Below are positions 49,396 to 60,422 of a stretch of 64,000 bases of DNA, piece by piece; positions within the stretch are counted from its first letter, which is position 1; each line of letters starts with the position of its first letter. Made by a program: the position numbers and the translations under genes. This stretch comes from Candidatus Zixiibacteriota bacterium (lineage in GTDB: Bacteria; Zixibacteria; MSB-5A5; RBG-16-43-9). Location of the stretch: contig JAUYBY010000101.1 of NCBI GenBank assembly GCA_030692925.1, positions 3,663 through 67,662 of the forward strand. The letters are read 5' to 3'. The notes beneath the pieces are model-generated. The model saw only the letters and a list, made by a program, of their open reading frames with translations, had not been told where the DNA came from and ran no database searches.

Positions 49396-52300
49396 GAACT
49401 TTCTCGCTCTCCTCTTTTTGAGACTCTAGATCTGTATTGCTTTTATCATCCTTGCGATTATCTCTGCAAAGTACTTTTTCTATCATGGAAATGATCACGG
49501 GTTTTATAAGCTTCTCATTATATCTCAGATTTTCGTCATGGAGTATTTGCTCAGCAATTTCATTTATTTTATCCTTCTGGTCTAACTCAGTCCAGATGAC
49601 CTCTCTCATCTCCTTACCGTCGGGAAGAGTGAGAGTAACTCTTCTTACATCAAAACCGTCCAACTTTGCTCTTGAAAGCTCGTCTTGTAAGGCTTCCAGA
49701 TTAGTGAACCTTCTAACAAGCTCGCTCAGTCTTGCTTCAAAACTCAGAACATCGTCGTCAGTCCAAAACCTAGGGGGCTTATCGGCCACAACCATAAGAA
49801 GTGCTTCTAACCATTTGGTATCATCTATTTCCTCATTCGCAGCAGCTAGGACAAAGCTCTTCAAACAAGGATCGAGGACGCGGTCCTTTATATAGTGAGT
49901 TCTAACCTTAAGGTTTCCTCTCAACCTTTCTAAATCAGATCCTAAGGCAAAGGCGCTATGAAGCAATTCCCTGCAGTGCATAAGAAGGTCCGAATAAGCA
50001 CTCTGGATTTCTTGCAGAACTTTGTACAATTTTTGCCTGAAATCTCTTGCTACTTGACTATCATAAGTCACATCAGCATTTGATAATACTACTCCACATG
50101 CTTGCGGCAAGGCGACAAAAAGCAGATTATCCGGCTCCGTTTCGGTGAGAAGAGCACGTCTGACAGATATTGCCTCCTGGCTCAAGCGATTTGTGCTCAG
50201 AGTGTAGGGGGGCAACTTTCTTACTATTGCTATCAAAGGTTTTACAACTCCTAATAGGGTGGCATTCCAAACCTTATCAGCTCTAGTGTAAGAGGAATTG
50301 AATAGACCTTCTTGCAGTTCCTTGAATATACTAGCATTGACTCCGGACATTTTAAGGCTCTTTACACTGAACCTCACAGGATTTCTGACTAAAAGTTCAA
50401 AATGCTCTACTCCAAGCACAGGTATGAATGCGCCGTCAAGATAAAGGGTCAAATCTTCGCTGTGAGATAGAAGAACTGCTGCCAATAATACAGGAATGCA
50501 TCCTTGCTTAACGCCGTACGGTGGAGCCTCAAGTATTTGTATTAACATGTTTATTGACTTCGGCGCGTCAGTTGCCGATAGACAAAAATCTTCAATAGCC
50601 TTCCACACCTCGTAAACATCACTCTTTTCATTGGGATTTACAAAGTACCACTTATCCTTGTTCCTCCTGTAGATACCGGTTTGAGCAAATAGACTTTCAA
50701 AGATGCTACACTCAGATCCATTTCCTACTAATCCCAGTCGTTCCTTTCCTTCGTTGGTGATCATTGCTTCTATCAACTTTCGTCTAGCCTGCATCCCCTG
50801 CGATGTTAGCAATCTTCGATTTATGAGTTCGTTCCAGAGTCGAAGGCCCTTATGATAGACATGGTCACTGATATCGGATAGTAGTCTATTAAAGTATCTA
50901 TTTTAATCAAGTTTCTTCTGTCTACCTTTTATCCAATAAGTGAAATTAGTTAGTGAATCATCGAAAGAATGTGACAGAGCCTGGTCCAATAGTCGCATGG
51001 CACTAATCAGACGTTGCTTAACCTCATTTCTGGCGACTCCGTCGGTTCTCAATTGAGGTGCGTTCTCCTGGATTCTTTTTAATGCCACATATTCATTAGA
51101 TGCTAGTCTCAGAGCTTCAAGGTCTCTAGCACAGATAACAATAAGTGGTCTAAAATCTTGGGTCTGTGCTGGCACCTCCCGCAATTCCGCTTTATCACCT
51201 ACCCAATAACAAATCAATCCGTCGCTCTCGAACTCCTGGCATTTGCTATTCTTTATGTTAGCAACTCTATCGAAGTATTGTCTCTCGAAATAGCGAACCG
51301 TGCCCGTCAGATAACTGTGACGCCTTGCAACTACAGGAGCTAGAGGATAATGCTGATTCAACAAATCCGATAGAGAAGGAGTCATGGTAACAGTCTGTTC
51401 GGCGATTTCTCTCTCTATATCAAAATCAGACCCTTGCCATATCCTTAGCTCATCGAGTTGCCTTCGAAGTGTCACAAAACCTTTGTCCACAAGGACGTCC
51501 ACGACTTTTTTCCAATGGGACAGTTCTTTTGCATTTCTAGGATCATCACACAGGGCAAAAGCAACTAGCTGAAGAGAAGCCCTAAGTGGTCCTGAAGTCG
51601 AGATAAGGTTCAGTATACCAATTGTTTTTAAGGCTACAAAAACATCAGGATCAAGGTGTTTAGCATCCAAGATACTTTCCTGAATTTCAACCCAACGCTG
51701 ATAATTAGGTCGCCTAGATATTGTCATTCCTGCCGATTCAATGAAGTAATCATATATGCGGTCTAACTTCAGGGTTGGGAGCTTAGTATTGTCAAACGAA
51801 TACTCGTTTAAGAAACTCGCAAAAGAGTGGGGCTCCTGGCTAGCCAAAAATGTGAACAGTGTTCGATCGTTCTGGGCATAGCGGCTGCATAGAATCGGCA
51901 ACGCTAGAGCGGCCACCGGGTGAAATGGATAAATAGAAGCAATGTTGTCAGAAGAAATGCCATGAAAGATGTTGCTTTCTTTAAAAACGGTCAACCATAT
52001 CCGAGACCATTTTCTTATGGACGAGCAGAGATTATTTGTGGTCGTATTTGTGATTGCTTGTCCTATTACCTTTATTGTTTGTCCAGGGGACTCGATCCAT
52101 GGAATATCTTCAAAGCGACCTTGAATTTTAGCCCATTCGTTTCTCTGCGCCGCACTGAGACCGTGGGCATAGTCCGCAAAGGATTGATGAAGGAGTCCAA
52201 ACAGGAAAACCCTTGATTCGCCGCTCGTGGAAAAAGACTCGGCTATTTGTTGGAGAACATAAAGATCCTCAACCGATTGACTGAGAGCTGCGGATTCTAG

Positions 52301-52906
52301 GCTTTTGCCGAGCTCATCTATGATCAGCAATATTCCGTTGTTAGCGCTATCGGCTACCTTTTGTATAATATCGATTAATTTCTGATCAGTGATTTTCTCT
52401 CCGTAACCTATTTTCTTTCTTAATTTGTCAAGCTCAAATAGGACCCCGGGTTTTTTCCCTCTCTTTTTCTGCCAAAAAAGTTGTGTTCCGCGCAGAAGCG
52501 CTTTTATAATAGTAGTTCTGATCGATTCGCGCTGCGCCGTTGCAACCGCTCTAATAAGTCCCTCTTTGGGGATTTTATCTGTCCAAGAATCACAGAGCTC
52601 AGAGTCTGCCTCCCGAAGAATCTGCAGCGCATTTGTGTGAATTCTCTCTGTAGTGGGAGAACACAGAGCGGTTAGAAAATGCGCAAAAGCTGATTTCCCA
52701 GTTCCGTAGACTCCAGTTAATGTCCAGGCACTGACCGCACGCGGTGAAGAAAAAGATTCAAGGAATCTTCGAGTCGTTTCAAGGGCTCTAGCAGTTGGAA
52801 TATATCCCACGATACTATCAGGGACTTCTAAGTCGCGCTCGAGATTTACGGAGCGTACATACCTACGTCGAATCGTAATATATCTTGAAAGCTGTTGCAT
52901 CCTCAC
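49388..52906 (-). pseudogene. Large P-loop ATPase (SspC-like) interrupted by one in-frame TAA at 50903-50905
   Basis: RSVNLERD, GVYGTGKS, IIDELGK, EWAKIQGRF, YAQNDRTLFTFL. The two track ORFs are in the same frame and the read-through is KKLD*NRYFNRLLSDI...WNELINRRLLTSQG. Confidence 0.85.
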
Positions 52907-53913
52907 TTTCTTTTCCTGTAATATTTTGTCAAAACTTGTTCAACTAATAGGCTAGGAGGCCTCTTAAAAGAAAACTGGATTAAACCTGCTGTCTCCGATA
53001 GAGAAATATCTGGAAAGTCTGTAGAGACCTTGTCTATGGCTTCACGGAGAGAAGGATCAGATAGTTTGAAAACGTGCCCCGGGCTTCCAATATCATACAG
53101 AAGGCGAGAAATGGAAATTGTTTTCGCACTGCTTTCAATCCGCGAGATGAAATCGAGACAACAGACAACAATAATCTCTGCAGGTAGTTCGTATTTGCTT
53201 CCCATATTGAAAGAATAATGCTTAGTATCGCCATAGTCCTGTAGGAGTCCCAAATCGGCAAAAGGACAGTCCAGCGAATCCTCACTTGGTCCTCTTAAAT
53301 TGTTATGTCTAACATACATCCGCAGAATACAATTGACATCTTTTCTAAGGGACGAGTCAGCAACTTTGCTTGATGGAAACAGTCGCTCCTTAAACTCTTT
53401 CAGGGCTGAAAACAGATCTTCAGCAGTGAATATCAGTTGATTGAATTCATTGAAAGTAAAGTACCAGGCAGTTGCTCTGCATGGAGGTTTTAGTAAACTC
53501 CACTGAAGCAGCCATAGTGATCCGGGATCTTCAAGATATGGGTCCCAACCCTTATCCCCAAGAAGCTTAACGCCAAATTCGGAAGGTACCATTTGGTGGC
53601 TTCTACCCAAAGCATCCTCCGCCTCGTCAAGCACTTTGAACGCAAAACACCAGTACCTAATGGCCTTGGCCATGTTCTTCCCGACGCCTAAAATGATATG
53701 AGCATCTTCTCTTGCGAAAATTGTGTGTTCTGTGGATGCCTTATCAAATCCCTTCTTTAGCCAACCATAACGTGGATGGAAGGTTTCATGTCTACAGAAC
53801 ATAGGAACGTTTGTCGACGAATACAGCGACGGCATATGAGCAAGAATGTCTAGTGTGGCTTTTCCTCTCAGGAAAGCACTTGTATTTGCTTTAGGCATAT
53901 TGAATCCTAACAT
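52903..53913 (-). CDS. DUF4007-family protein (SspB-like)
   Basis: FCRHETFHPRYGWLKKG, LGVGKNMAKAIRYW, WDPYLEDPGSLWLL, DCPFADLGL. Confidence 0.88.
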   Translation of the reverse strand: MLGFNMPKANTSAFLRGKATLDILAHMPSLYSSTNVPMFCRHETFHPRYGWLKKGFDKASTEHTIFAREDAHIILGVGKNMAKAIRYWCFAFKVLDEAEDALGRSHQMVPSEFGVKLLGDKGWDPYLEDPGSLWLLQWSLLKPPCRATAWYFTFNEFNQLIFTAEDLFSALKEFKERLFPSSKVADSSLRKDVNCILRMYVRHNNLRGPSEDSLDCPFADLGLLQDYGDTKHYSFNMGSKYELPAEIIVVCCLDFISRIESSAKTISISRLLYDIGSPGHVFKLSDPSLREAIDKVSTDFPDISLSETAGLIQFSFKRPPSLLVEQVLTKYYRKRK

Positions 53914-54299
53914 TCATGCGAACTCTATTCATAGCTAATATATTCCCTGTTGAGTTAAGGTACTGTTTATCAGATTAGGTCCTATATCTTTCTAGTTTGA
54001 TCCTCTGATTCTCCCTGCTTCTATAGTCGATTATCGCGCTTGTTCTTATAACCCTAAACAGGCTACTGGAACTGGAAAAAGGCATTTCAAGAAAACTTGA
54101 TAAAATGATACTATAACAAGCTTAAACTGTCAAGATATTTCCTTCCCTTATGAACTGACTCCAGATTCGCTCATAAGATGAGTTAGATTCTAACCGTTCA
54201 AAGTATGAGTTCGTTTCTTTAATATCTTCAGCACTTAAAGGTTGAAGAAAAATTCAATTTGATTAGAATATGAGTTCTATCTCCAAAAAGTGAGCAAAT

Positions 54300-54328
54300 T
54301 TGACATATTTTTCATCTTCTGCTAAGCT
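54300..54328 (+). promoter_or_regulatory. sigma70-type promoter of a 44-aa ORF
   Basis: TTGACA-17 bp-TAAGCT with an extended TGn. Confidence 0.65.
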
Positions 54329-54354
54329 GATAAAACACAAACAGGAGGTGAAAA

Positions 54355-54489
54355 ATGACTCTTTCAAAGGCTCAAAAACTCATTATAAAGCTGTATCATG
54401 AGCTAAAAGCTGGGAAAACCGTGACCCACGATGAGGTCAATGGGCTGGGTAACTTTCTTGATAAGAATAGGTTCTGTTATTGCGCTTAA
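54355..54489 (+). CDS. 44-aa hypothetical microprotein
   Basis: AGGAGGTG RBS and dedicated promoter; MTLSKAQKLIIKLYHELKAGKTVTHDEVNGLGNFLDKNRFCYCA. Confidence 0.6.
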   Translation: MTLSKAQKLIIKLYHELKAGKTVTHDEVNGLGNFLDKNRFCYCA

Positions 54490-54688
54490 TGTCCATAAGG
54501 TGCAATTGAGGAGCAGACTGTAACTGTCTCATAATCAAAGACTTGTCCAATTTCCCATACACCTAAGCCTTGGTTATTGCACCTTTATGTCAAAACTCGC
54601 GCGTTTTTCTTGAATTATTCCTAGAGGTCTACTCATTTTCTGATCGAGTACCTTTTCTCTGATATGTTCTACCGCCTAATGTCACACA

Positions 54689-54747
54689 TTGACAATTGCT
54701 TTGGCAGAACTAACTCAATAAGTGGCATAATAACTGGGGGCAGGACA
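54689..54747 (+). repeat. 59-bp direct repeat, copy 1 (left of CBASS)
   Basis: 51/59 identical to 60423-60481 by manual alignment. Confidence 0.9.
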
Positions 54748-54971
54748 ATCCAGGATTTGAGAAGAATAGGTGGAGAGTGGAAAAAGCTGGTATCTTAAGA
54801 AAGTTCAAACAAGTTGATGTTTTAGACATATTCAAAGATTTCAAAGCCAGCTCATAAGATGGACTGGCTTTTTTTATCTCACCCTATTTAAATACCCCCT
54901 ACTTTTCATTCCCGAGACTGATTGTGGCCCACTGGATTTTTCTGGTACCAAATGCATTTACCTCGTTTTAT

Positions 54972-55496
54972 TTATGTTTGATCATACAAAAGCTCTATTC
55001 TTCCCCATCTACAAGAATAGAGGAATACGCCTAACTCGGGCACTGCAAAAAGGTTTCCTCCAATAATTACCAATATACTTTCAGGACAGTTGGTTTCACT
55101 ATCAGCCGATATAGCTGATTGAGTCATATTGTCCATATGACTCGGAATAGGAGTGCCATTCGGATGACTATGCCACTCGCCAACGTAATATCTTCTCCCC
55201 CCATATCTTTGCTGTAATTTGTTATAAAATGCCCTAAGACCTTTGATTCCTCTAAAAAATGAATTGTCATAGCACCTTGAGTCAGAACACAGAGGACTCG
55301 CATCGAGAACAAATGCATCAAATCCATCATCAGAATAACATCCCACTAACGACGTTCCAACTTCGTGTGGATGATGCTTTTTCCCCATCTTAAGCATCTT
55401 GTTAAAGCAAAAATGTGAAATTGAAACAGTATATCGGCCACATTTGGATTTCCACTTCAGTGGAAGCTCATTATTCATGGATATTGATTGGTCCAT
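54972..55496 (-). CDS. cap3: CBASS Cap3-like JAB/MPN isopeptidase
   Basis: EVG...YVGEWHSHPNGTPIPSHMD. Confidence 0.88.
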   Translation of the reverse strand: MDQSISMNNELPLKWKSKCGRYTVSISHFCFNKMLKMGKKHHPHEVGTSLVGCYSDDGFDAFVLDASPLCSDSRCYDNSFFRGIKGLRAFYNKLQQRYGGRRYYVGEWHSHPNGTPIPSHMDNMTQSAISADSETNCPESILVIIGGNLFAVPELGVFLYSCRWGRIELLYDQT

Positions 55497-57310
55497 ACTA
55501 TTTCAACAAACGGAGAAGATTGGACTACTTTGCTATTAAGCGAATTTCTCTTGATTATCACTACAAGCCCTTTTCCATCACCTTGTTCGATATGGTGATT
55601 GATAATATCCATAGCAGTTGCCGTCAATACATAAATATGGGCGTTCAGCGCAGGAAAAGTTGGATGCCAACAACCTGCCCCTTCAATGATTTGCTCTTCC
55701 CTCGATGGTTGATATAGATATTCTTGTGACGTAATCGGTAACTGTTCTTTTTTAACGCATGACATCAAATCTTGAAAAATTTCATCACACGAGGTTTCCC
55801 TTCCAGAAATTAGTAGAGTAATAAGCTCCGCATGAAAATTGAAGAACAAAGATATGATCTGTTTTCTTTCGACTGTTGCATATTTGTTCAACCAGTCGAA
55901 GGCCGATTCACTTGCAGTACTATTAATGATTATATCTGTCCGTGAAAGAGATTTGTAGGCATCATTTTGTGATGAAGGACTTAGGGGTATTCCGATCGGA
56001 TAACCAATAATAGTTGATAATGGATTGGTCCTTGAAAGTTTCCATGCGAGTGACTTTGCTTTGTTAAATCCTAGAAATGTTCCATCGAGTGTATGGCGAC
56101 AAAAATTGCCAATTTGAATGTTTTTAGGATCGAACAAGTAAAGGACCCTAACACCACCGCGAGTCAATAGTTCAGCGATAAGACTACCTAAAGCACCGCA
56201 ACCAAAGATAGCCACCCGCGCTGATCGAATCGACCGTGAATAGGAACCTCTGGCATATATTCTATCATCTGCGACATTAGATGATTTACCCCAAGGTAGC
56301 TGCTGAGCGAATTTGAAACGATCATGCTCTTGTAATCTCTTCCAAATCCTGTTTAGCTTAATGGATTTACACTTTACTGACTTCCGTTCAACTCTTAAAT
56401 TGGGAAATACAAGTGGTTGCCAATGCATTTCAATAGGTTTCTCGCCGTAGATTTTTGGGATTGGAAACCCGATTAATATCAGTCCGATTTCCGGGTCACG
56501 ATTCTCGACCTTCCATGCTTCTTTAAGAATATCATAAAAGTCCAAGTCATTGGCCGAACATAGTTGGGTAATCTCTCTATATGTTTGGGGCGGACGATGA
56601 CGCTTGAAACGAATATCAGGCAAAATCAGCCAGTTTCCAATCAGTTTCTTATCTTGGTCGAGAATCCCAGAGGAGAATTCTGATTCCCATACAATTGAGC
56701 TGTTATCGCTGAATCGAACTGCAAATATTGCTGGAATACAATTACCTACAAAGCATTCCACTATTCCAGATTTCCCAATATATGGTTTCCATTTTTCATA
56801 TGATTTTTCAGTTTCATTAAAGAGTATGGGAAAATCGGTCGGAAAGCTTTCGCCTAACAACTTTCGGCTGAAATCAGGCAATTCGTATGGATCACCTGGT
56901 TTAAGAAGGTTAGCATTGGCAGCGTCTGTGAGCCAGTTTTTTGCCCAATTAACATAGTGTACGAGTCGTTCAGCATTCCGGGGCGCCAAACGTTCCGCAG
57001 GAAGACATAACTTTCCTGTTTCTGAATCTTGATGCGGAAACCCTTTAACCTCCTCACAGTTTGAGAAAATGTCAACAGGTAAGAATGGGAAACCTTCTAG
57101 AATGCATACCTGCACATCTACCGCAGCCGGGATATTCTCTGGGTTGGGGTAAGGAACTGATACAACGCAGTCAAATATCCATCCTTTCCTACCGCTTGTG
57201 TGGTTCCAATAGAGTGGCTTCGTTACATCGACGATGCGGTATTGTAGTAGAAGATCATAAGCTTCCAAAACAACTTCAGGTATTTTTGCATCATTAAGCA
57301 TCGTATCCAT
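55475..57310 (-). CDS. cap2: CBASS Cap2-like E2-E1 (ThiF) protein
   Basis: E2-like FPHQ...KLCL; E1 GCGALGS, NFCRH, GAGCWHPTF. Confidence 0.88.
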   Translation of the reverse strand: MDTMLNDAKIPEVVLEAYDLLLQYRIVDVTKPLYWNHTSGRKGWIFDCVVSVPYPNPENIPAAVDVQVCILEGFPFLPVDIFSNCEEVKGFPHQDSETGKLCLPAERLAPRNAERLVHYVNWAKNWLTDAANANLLKPGDPYELPDFSRKLLGESFPTDFPILFNETEKSYEKWKPYIGKSGIVECFVGNCIPAIFAVRFSDNSSIVWESEFSSGILDQDKKLIGNWLILPDIRFKRHRPPQTYREITQLCSANDLDFYDILKEAWKVENRDPEIGLILIGFPIPKIYGEKPIEMHWQPLVFPNLRVERKSVKCKSIKLNRIWKRLQEHDRFKFAQQLPWGKSSNVADDRIYARGSYSRSIRSARVAIFGCGALGSLIAELLTRGGVRVLYLFDPKNIQIGNFCRHTLDGTFLGFNKAKSLAWKLSRTNPLSTIIGYPIGIPLSPSSQNDAYKSLSRTDIIINSTASESAFDWLNKYATVERKQIISLFFNFHAELITLLISGRETSCDEIFQDLMSCVKKEQLPITSQEYLYQPSREEQIIEGAGCWHPTFPALNAHIYVLTATAMDIINHHIEQGDGKGLVVIIKRNSLNSKVVQSSPFVEIVWTNQYP

Positions 57311-58454
57311 ATTGGCGAGGAGTTAGATCACCAGTTTGGGATTTAATTGCGGGAGTGATGAACGGTCCTTTCGGTTCCCCTCCGTCATCACCGCCGTCGT
57401 CATCTACAGGCGGTGGAAATTTGTCACTAAAGAGTTCACGCCATTTGTTCGCCGAGACTTTGACTGTATCAACACTCAACGCCTCTCTTGCTATTTGAGC
57501 CGCAGAGAATACATGGCCATAGAACTTAGCAAAGTCTTCTCCAGAAATCCTAGCAAAAACATTGTGCTGAGGAACTCCATGATCAGGGAAATTCGGAGTT
57601 CTTCTTGCCTCAGCGGCATAAGCGTACTTTTTAACAATTGACTCCAATGTCAATGTAACTCCTTCTGCTACTGACTGAATAGAGTCGGGACAACACACAC
57701 CAATAAGATGCTCAAGTGGGTAGCCCTTAGGACTATCAGTCTCATGATTTATCCTCTCCCACCATTTTATCGCCTTCACAACATTGACGTAGTGTCCATT
57801 ACAACGCGCATTTTTGCCAAAAGTCCACTTTATTTGCTCAAGTGGATGAGTAGGTTTCCACTCTCCAGCCTCCCTATCTGGAATCCATAAAGGCTCAATT
57901 TTCCACTCCGATTCTTTTCTAGCAGCTTCCATCAATGCATCAGCATAAATAGATTTTCGTTGAGATACAGGAACCCAGGATTTCACAAGACGCCAGTCTT
58001 GTGCTTCTTCAGGTGTTTCAAATGTCGTCACAGCCTCGCTCTTCAGGATCCCCTCTTCAGATTGTGAGAGTGAAGCTGTGATAACTAGATCTAAATCAAT
58101 ATAAGAAAGTTCAATACCGAATGATCGTCCCTGCCGTTTATGCTTTTCTTCGTAGTATTTCCTCAAGAAGGGTACAAAAAGGTCCATTGCCTTATTCGGA
58201 TCTTGATACTCATTTTTGTCCAATCGACTAACCACAATAACATCTACATCCGAGCGTTCATCTCCCTTTGGTCGAATTGCAGTAGCACGCCTATAACTGC
58301 CTTGCAGGAGTGTACTCACGATGATAGGTTTTAATTCTTCATCACTGGCTAAACGATCCCGAAGTGTTATGTGACCTTTAATACAGTCTTCTCTTTGGCT
58401 GTCTGTTGGACGTATCTCTCTTAAGAATTTTTCGAAATAACTTGACAGTATCAT
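57294..58454 (-). CDS. CD-NTase (cGAS/DncV-like SMODS nucleotidyltransferase)
   Basis: LLQGSYRRATAIRP...SDVDV, QGRSFG, DLDLV, LWIPD, VVKAIKWW, KGYPLE. Confidence 0.92.
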   Translation of the reverse strand: MILSSYFEKFLREIRPTDSQREDCIKGHITLRDRLASDEELKPIIVSTLLQGSYRRATAIRPKGDERSDVDVIVVSRLDKNEYQDPNKAMDLFVPFLRKYYEEKHKRQGRSFGIELSYIDLDLVITASLSQSEEGILKSEAVTTFETPEEAQDWRLVKSWVPVSQRKSIYADALMEAARKESEWKIEPLWIPDREAGEWKPTHPLEQIKWTFGKNARCNGHYVNVVKAIKWWERINHETDSPKGYPLEHLIGVCCPDSIQSVAEGVTLTLESIVKKYAYAAEARRTPNFPDHGVPQHNVFARISGEDFAKFYGHVFSAAQIAREALSVDTVKVSANKWRELFSDKFPPPVDDDGGDDGGEPKGPFITPAIKSQTGDLTPRQYGYDA

Positions 58455-58458
58455 GTTT

Positions 58459-59973
58459 TTATCCTCCTAGATTGATAATTGGTAATTGCATACTTGGATA
58501 ATATCTCGGCCCTCCAGATAATCCTTCAAAATCGTGCTCGTACAACTGGATGGTTTTGGTAACATAACGGAGCGTATTGCCCAAAATATATGCAAGTGCA
58601 ACAGGGCCAGAAAAAAAGAAGTGTAATTTATGGCACTTGGATGGAAGATTACTCCTAAGCAGCGTTTGTAATTCGCATCCCAATTGCCACGCATGCGTAC
58701 CGTCAAATATTGCCTTTGGCCCTATACCATTAACTGGAGAAAGATCAATTCGCAACAACCTTTCTAGTCCCGTTGATTTAAGGAAAGGAAGTAGGTGATT
58801 TTTTATAGGATTTGTTACAGAGATAGAGACAACTACTTCCGTATTGACCCCCCCGTAAATATTTATATTCCACAAACCACTATTACCAGTGCTTGGTTCA
58901 GGCCAAAATTCATAACCAGACATCGTCGTTTTTTGAGCAGGTATAATCTGAAGCCCAAATTTCGGATTTAATAGATTTCCGGCCAGAAAGGCGATACTCA
59001 AATGACAATCAAAGAATATGTAGACCGGCTGAGGAAGATTCTTTACATTATCGCTCCGAAAAAAAGCATCCACGAGCTTAGGGATCTCCTCTCGCCAATA
59101 GGACTTAGAATGGGGGAAACGTCCATCAAAGAGTTCAGATAAATCAAGGTGCGCTGCTTGAAACTCACGGGGTCTACGGGCACCCTGAGGACAACTTCTA
59201 ATGGAGATTTCACTGTAATTTGGCCGCGGGGGAACGATAAGCTTTTCCTCCTTGAGCATATCATTGAAAGAATCACGATCAAAACGATTTCGACCTTGGG
59301 AGAATAACTCCCACGCTAGATCATCATAAATTATGGTCGTTGCCAGAGGATCTATAGGTTTAAGCCCAGCTAATTTTAAATATGGTTCCAGTTCTTTAGC
59401 CAGGTCAGTAAGATTCTTACCCAGTTGAAATCTAACAGTGTTTAGAAACCTTTTAAGTTCTGTCTCCGTTATAGATAGGTGTTCTGCAAATTTGGAACGA
59501 ATCATTCCCTCCTTAGTTCTTGAACTACCCTTGTAAAAAGTATCGCGAATTCTCTCCTCAGATAAATGACGTGCTAGCACATCGGCAGGATCCCAAATCC
59601 AATTTGAAACCACGTATAACCGAAACGTCTTTGATTCGTTTATGAGCTGAACATAAGCATTATTTAAGCGCTTTAACATTGATTCTTCACAACTAATAAA
59701 AGACGGATCAAGCAATTTCTCATATGTGAATGCTCCTCCTTGTGTCACATGGTATTTACATTGATAGTAATCGCAACTAATTCTTTTACCAGTTGCTTTG
59801 TCACAGATTGGCTCACGGTAGGTCACCACAACATCGTCGACAAAGGATACCTTGTCGCTTTCTAGACATACCGATTCCACGAAGTCTCCTGTACGCAGTT
59901 TTAGCAAATGGAGCCAAAAAATCCGTGCTTGATATTCGTGTCCTTGCCTTATTGCAGCAATAGGCCGTCCCAT
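58459..59973 (-). CDS. Cap4-like endonuclease-SAVED effector
   Basis: N-terminal GHEYQ...DDVVV...YQCKYH nuclease; SAVED-like HLSIAFLAG and LHFFFSGPVALAYILG. Confidence 0.85.
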   Translation of the reverse strand: MGRPIAAIRQGHEYQARIFWLHLLKLRTGDFVESVCLESDKVSFVDDVVVTYREPICDKATGKRISCDYYQCKYHVTQGGAFTYEKLLDPSFISCEESMLKRLNNAYVQLINESKTFRLYVVSNWIWDPADVLARHLSEERIRDTFYKGSSRTKEGMIRSKFAEHLSITETELKRFLNTVRFQLGKNLTDLAKELEPYLKLAGLKPIDPLATTIIYDDLAWELFSQGRNRFDRDSFNDMLKEEKLIVPPRPNYSEISIRSCPQGARRPREFQAAHLDLSELFDGRFPHSKSYWREEIPKLVDAFFRSDNVKNLPQPVYIFFDCHLSIAFLAGNLLNPKFGLQIIPAQKTTMSGYEFWPEPSTGNSGLWNINIYGGVNTEVVVSISVTNPIKNHLLPFLKSTGLERLLRIDLSPVNGIGPKAIFDGTHAWQLGCELQTLLRSNLPSKCHKLHFFFSGPVALAYILGNTLRYVTKTIQLYEHDFEGLSGGPRYYPSMQLPIINLGG

Positions 59974-60422
59974 AGAAATAAGACCTCACTTGAAAAACGT
60001 GACGAATATTCCCGCCACAATTCCACCAACGGAATGGGTATTCTTTGCACGACCCAAAATGAACATTTATACTTCGAACGATATGTAACCTTACTATGTT
60101 TGCAACGGCTGAGTTCAGTCTCGCGACTACTCACATGTGCATAGGGTAGATGCCTTATTATTTTCACCACTCTATAGAATAAGACCTCTCTTGCTGTATG
60201 TCGTCAAACAAAGTGGACATTTAATACCCAAAAGCTAAGACGTACCTTCCCCTAAAGCAACAGTTATTTTGTAAGTGCTCATTCTTTTCTAATCTCTGGA
60301 GCACTTACTGGATTCGCCACCTCAACCAGGATAAGACTTTTTTAAAAGGGGTAGATTTCAAATACTACTTTTCGAACATTCATTATAAAAGTATAGGTAG
60401 ATTTACTCTACTGTAATTAGAC

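Noticed and set aside
49388-52906. Programmed frameshift or two separate genes
   Set aside because: Both ORFs are in the same frame and separated by one TAA; no slippery site is needed.
48595-53913. BREX type 4 or DndBCDE assignment
   Set aside because: No pglZ, brxL, dndD or dndE-like genes are visible; DUF4007-ATPase-PAPS reductase fits SspBCD better.
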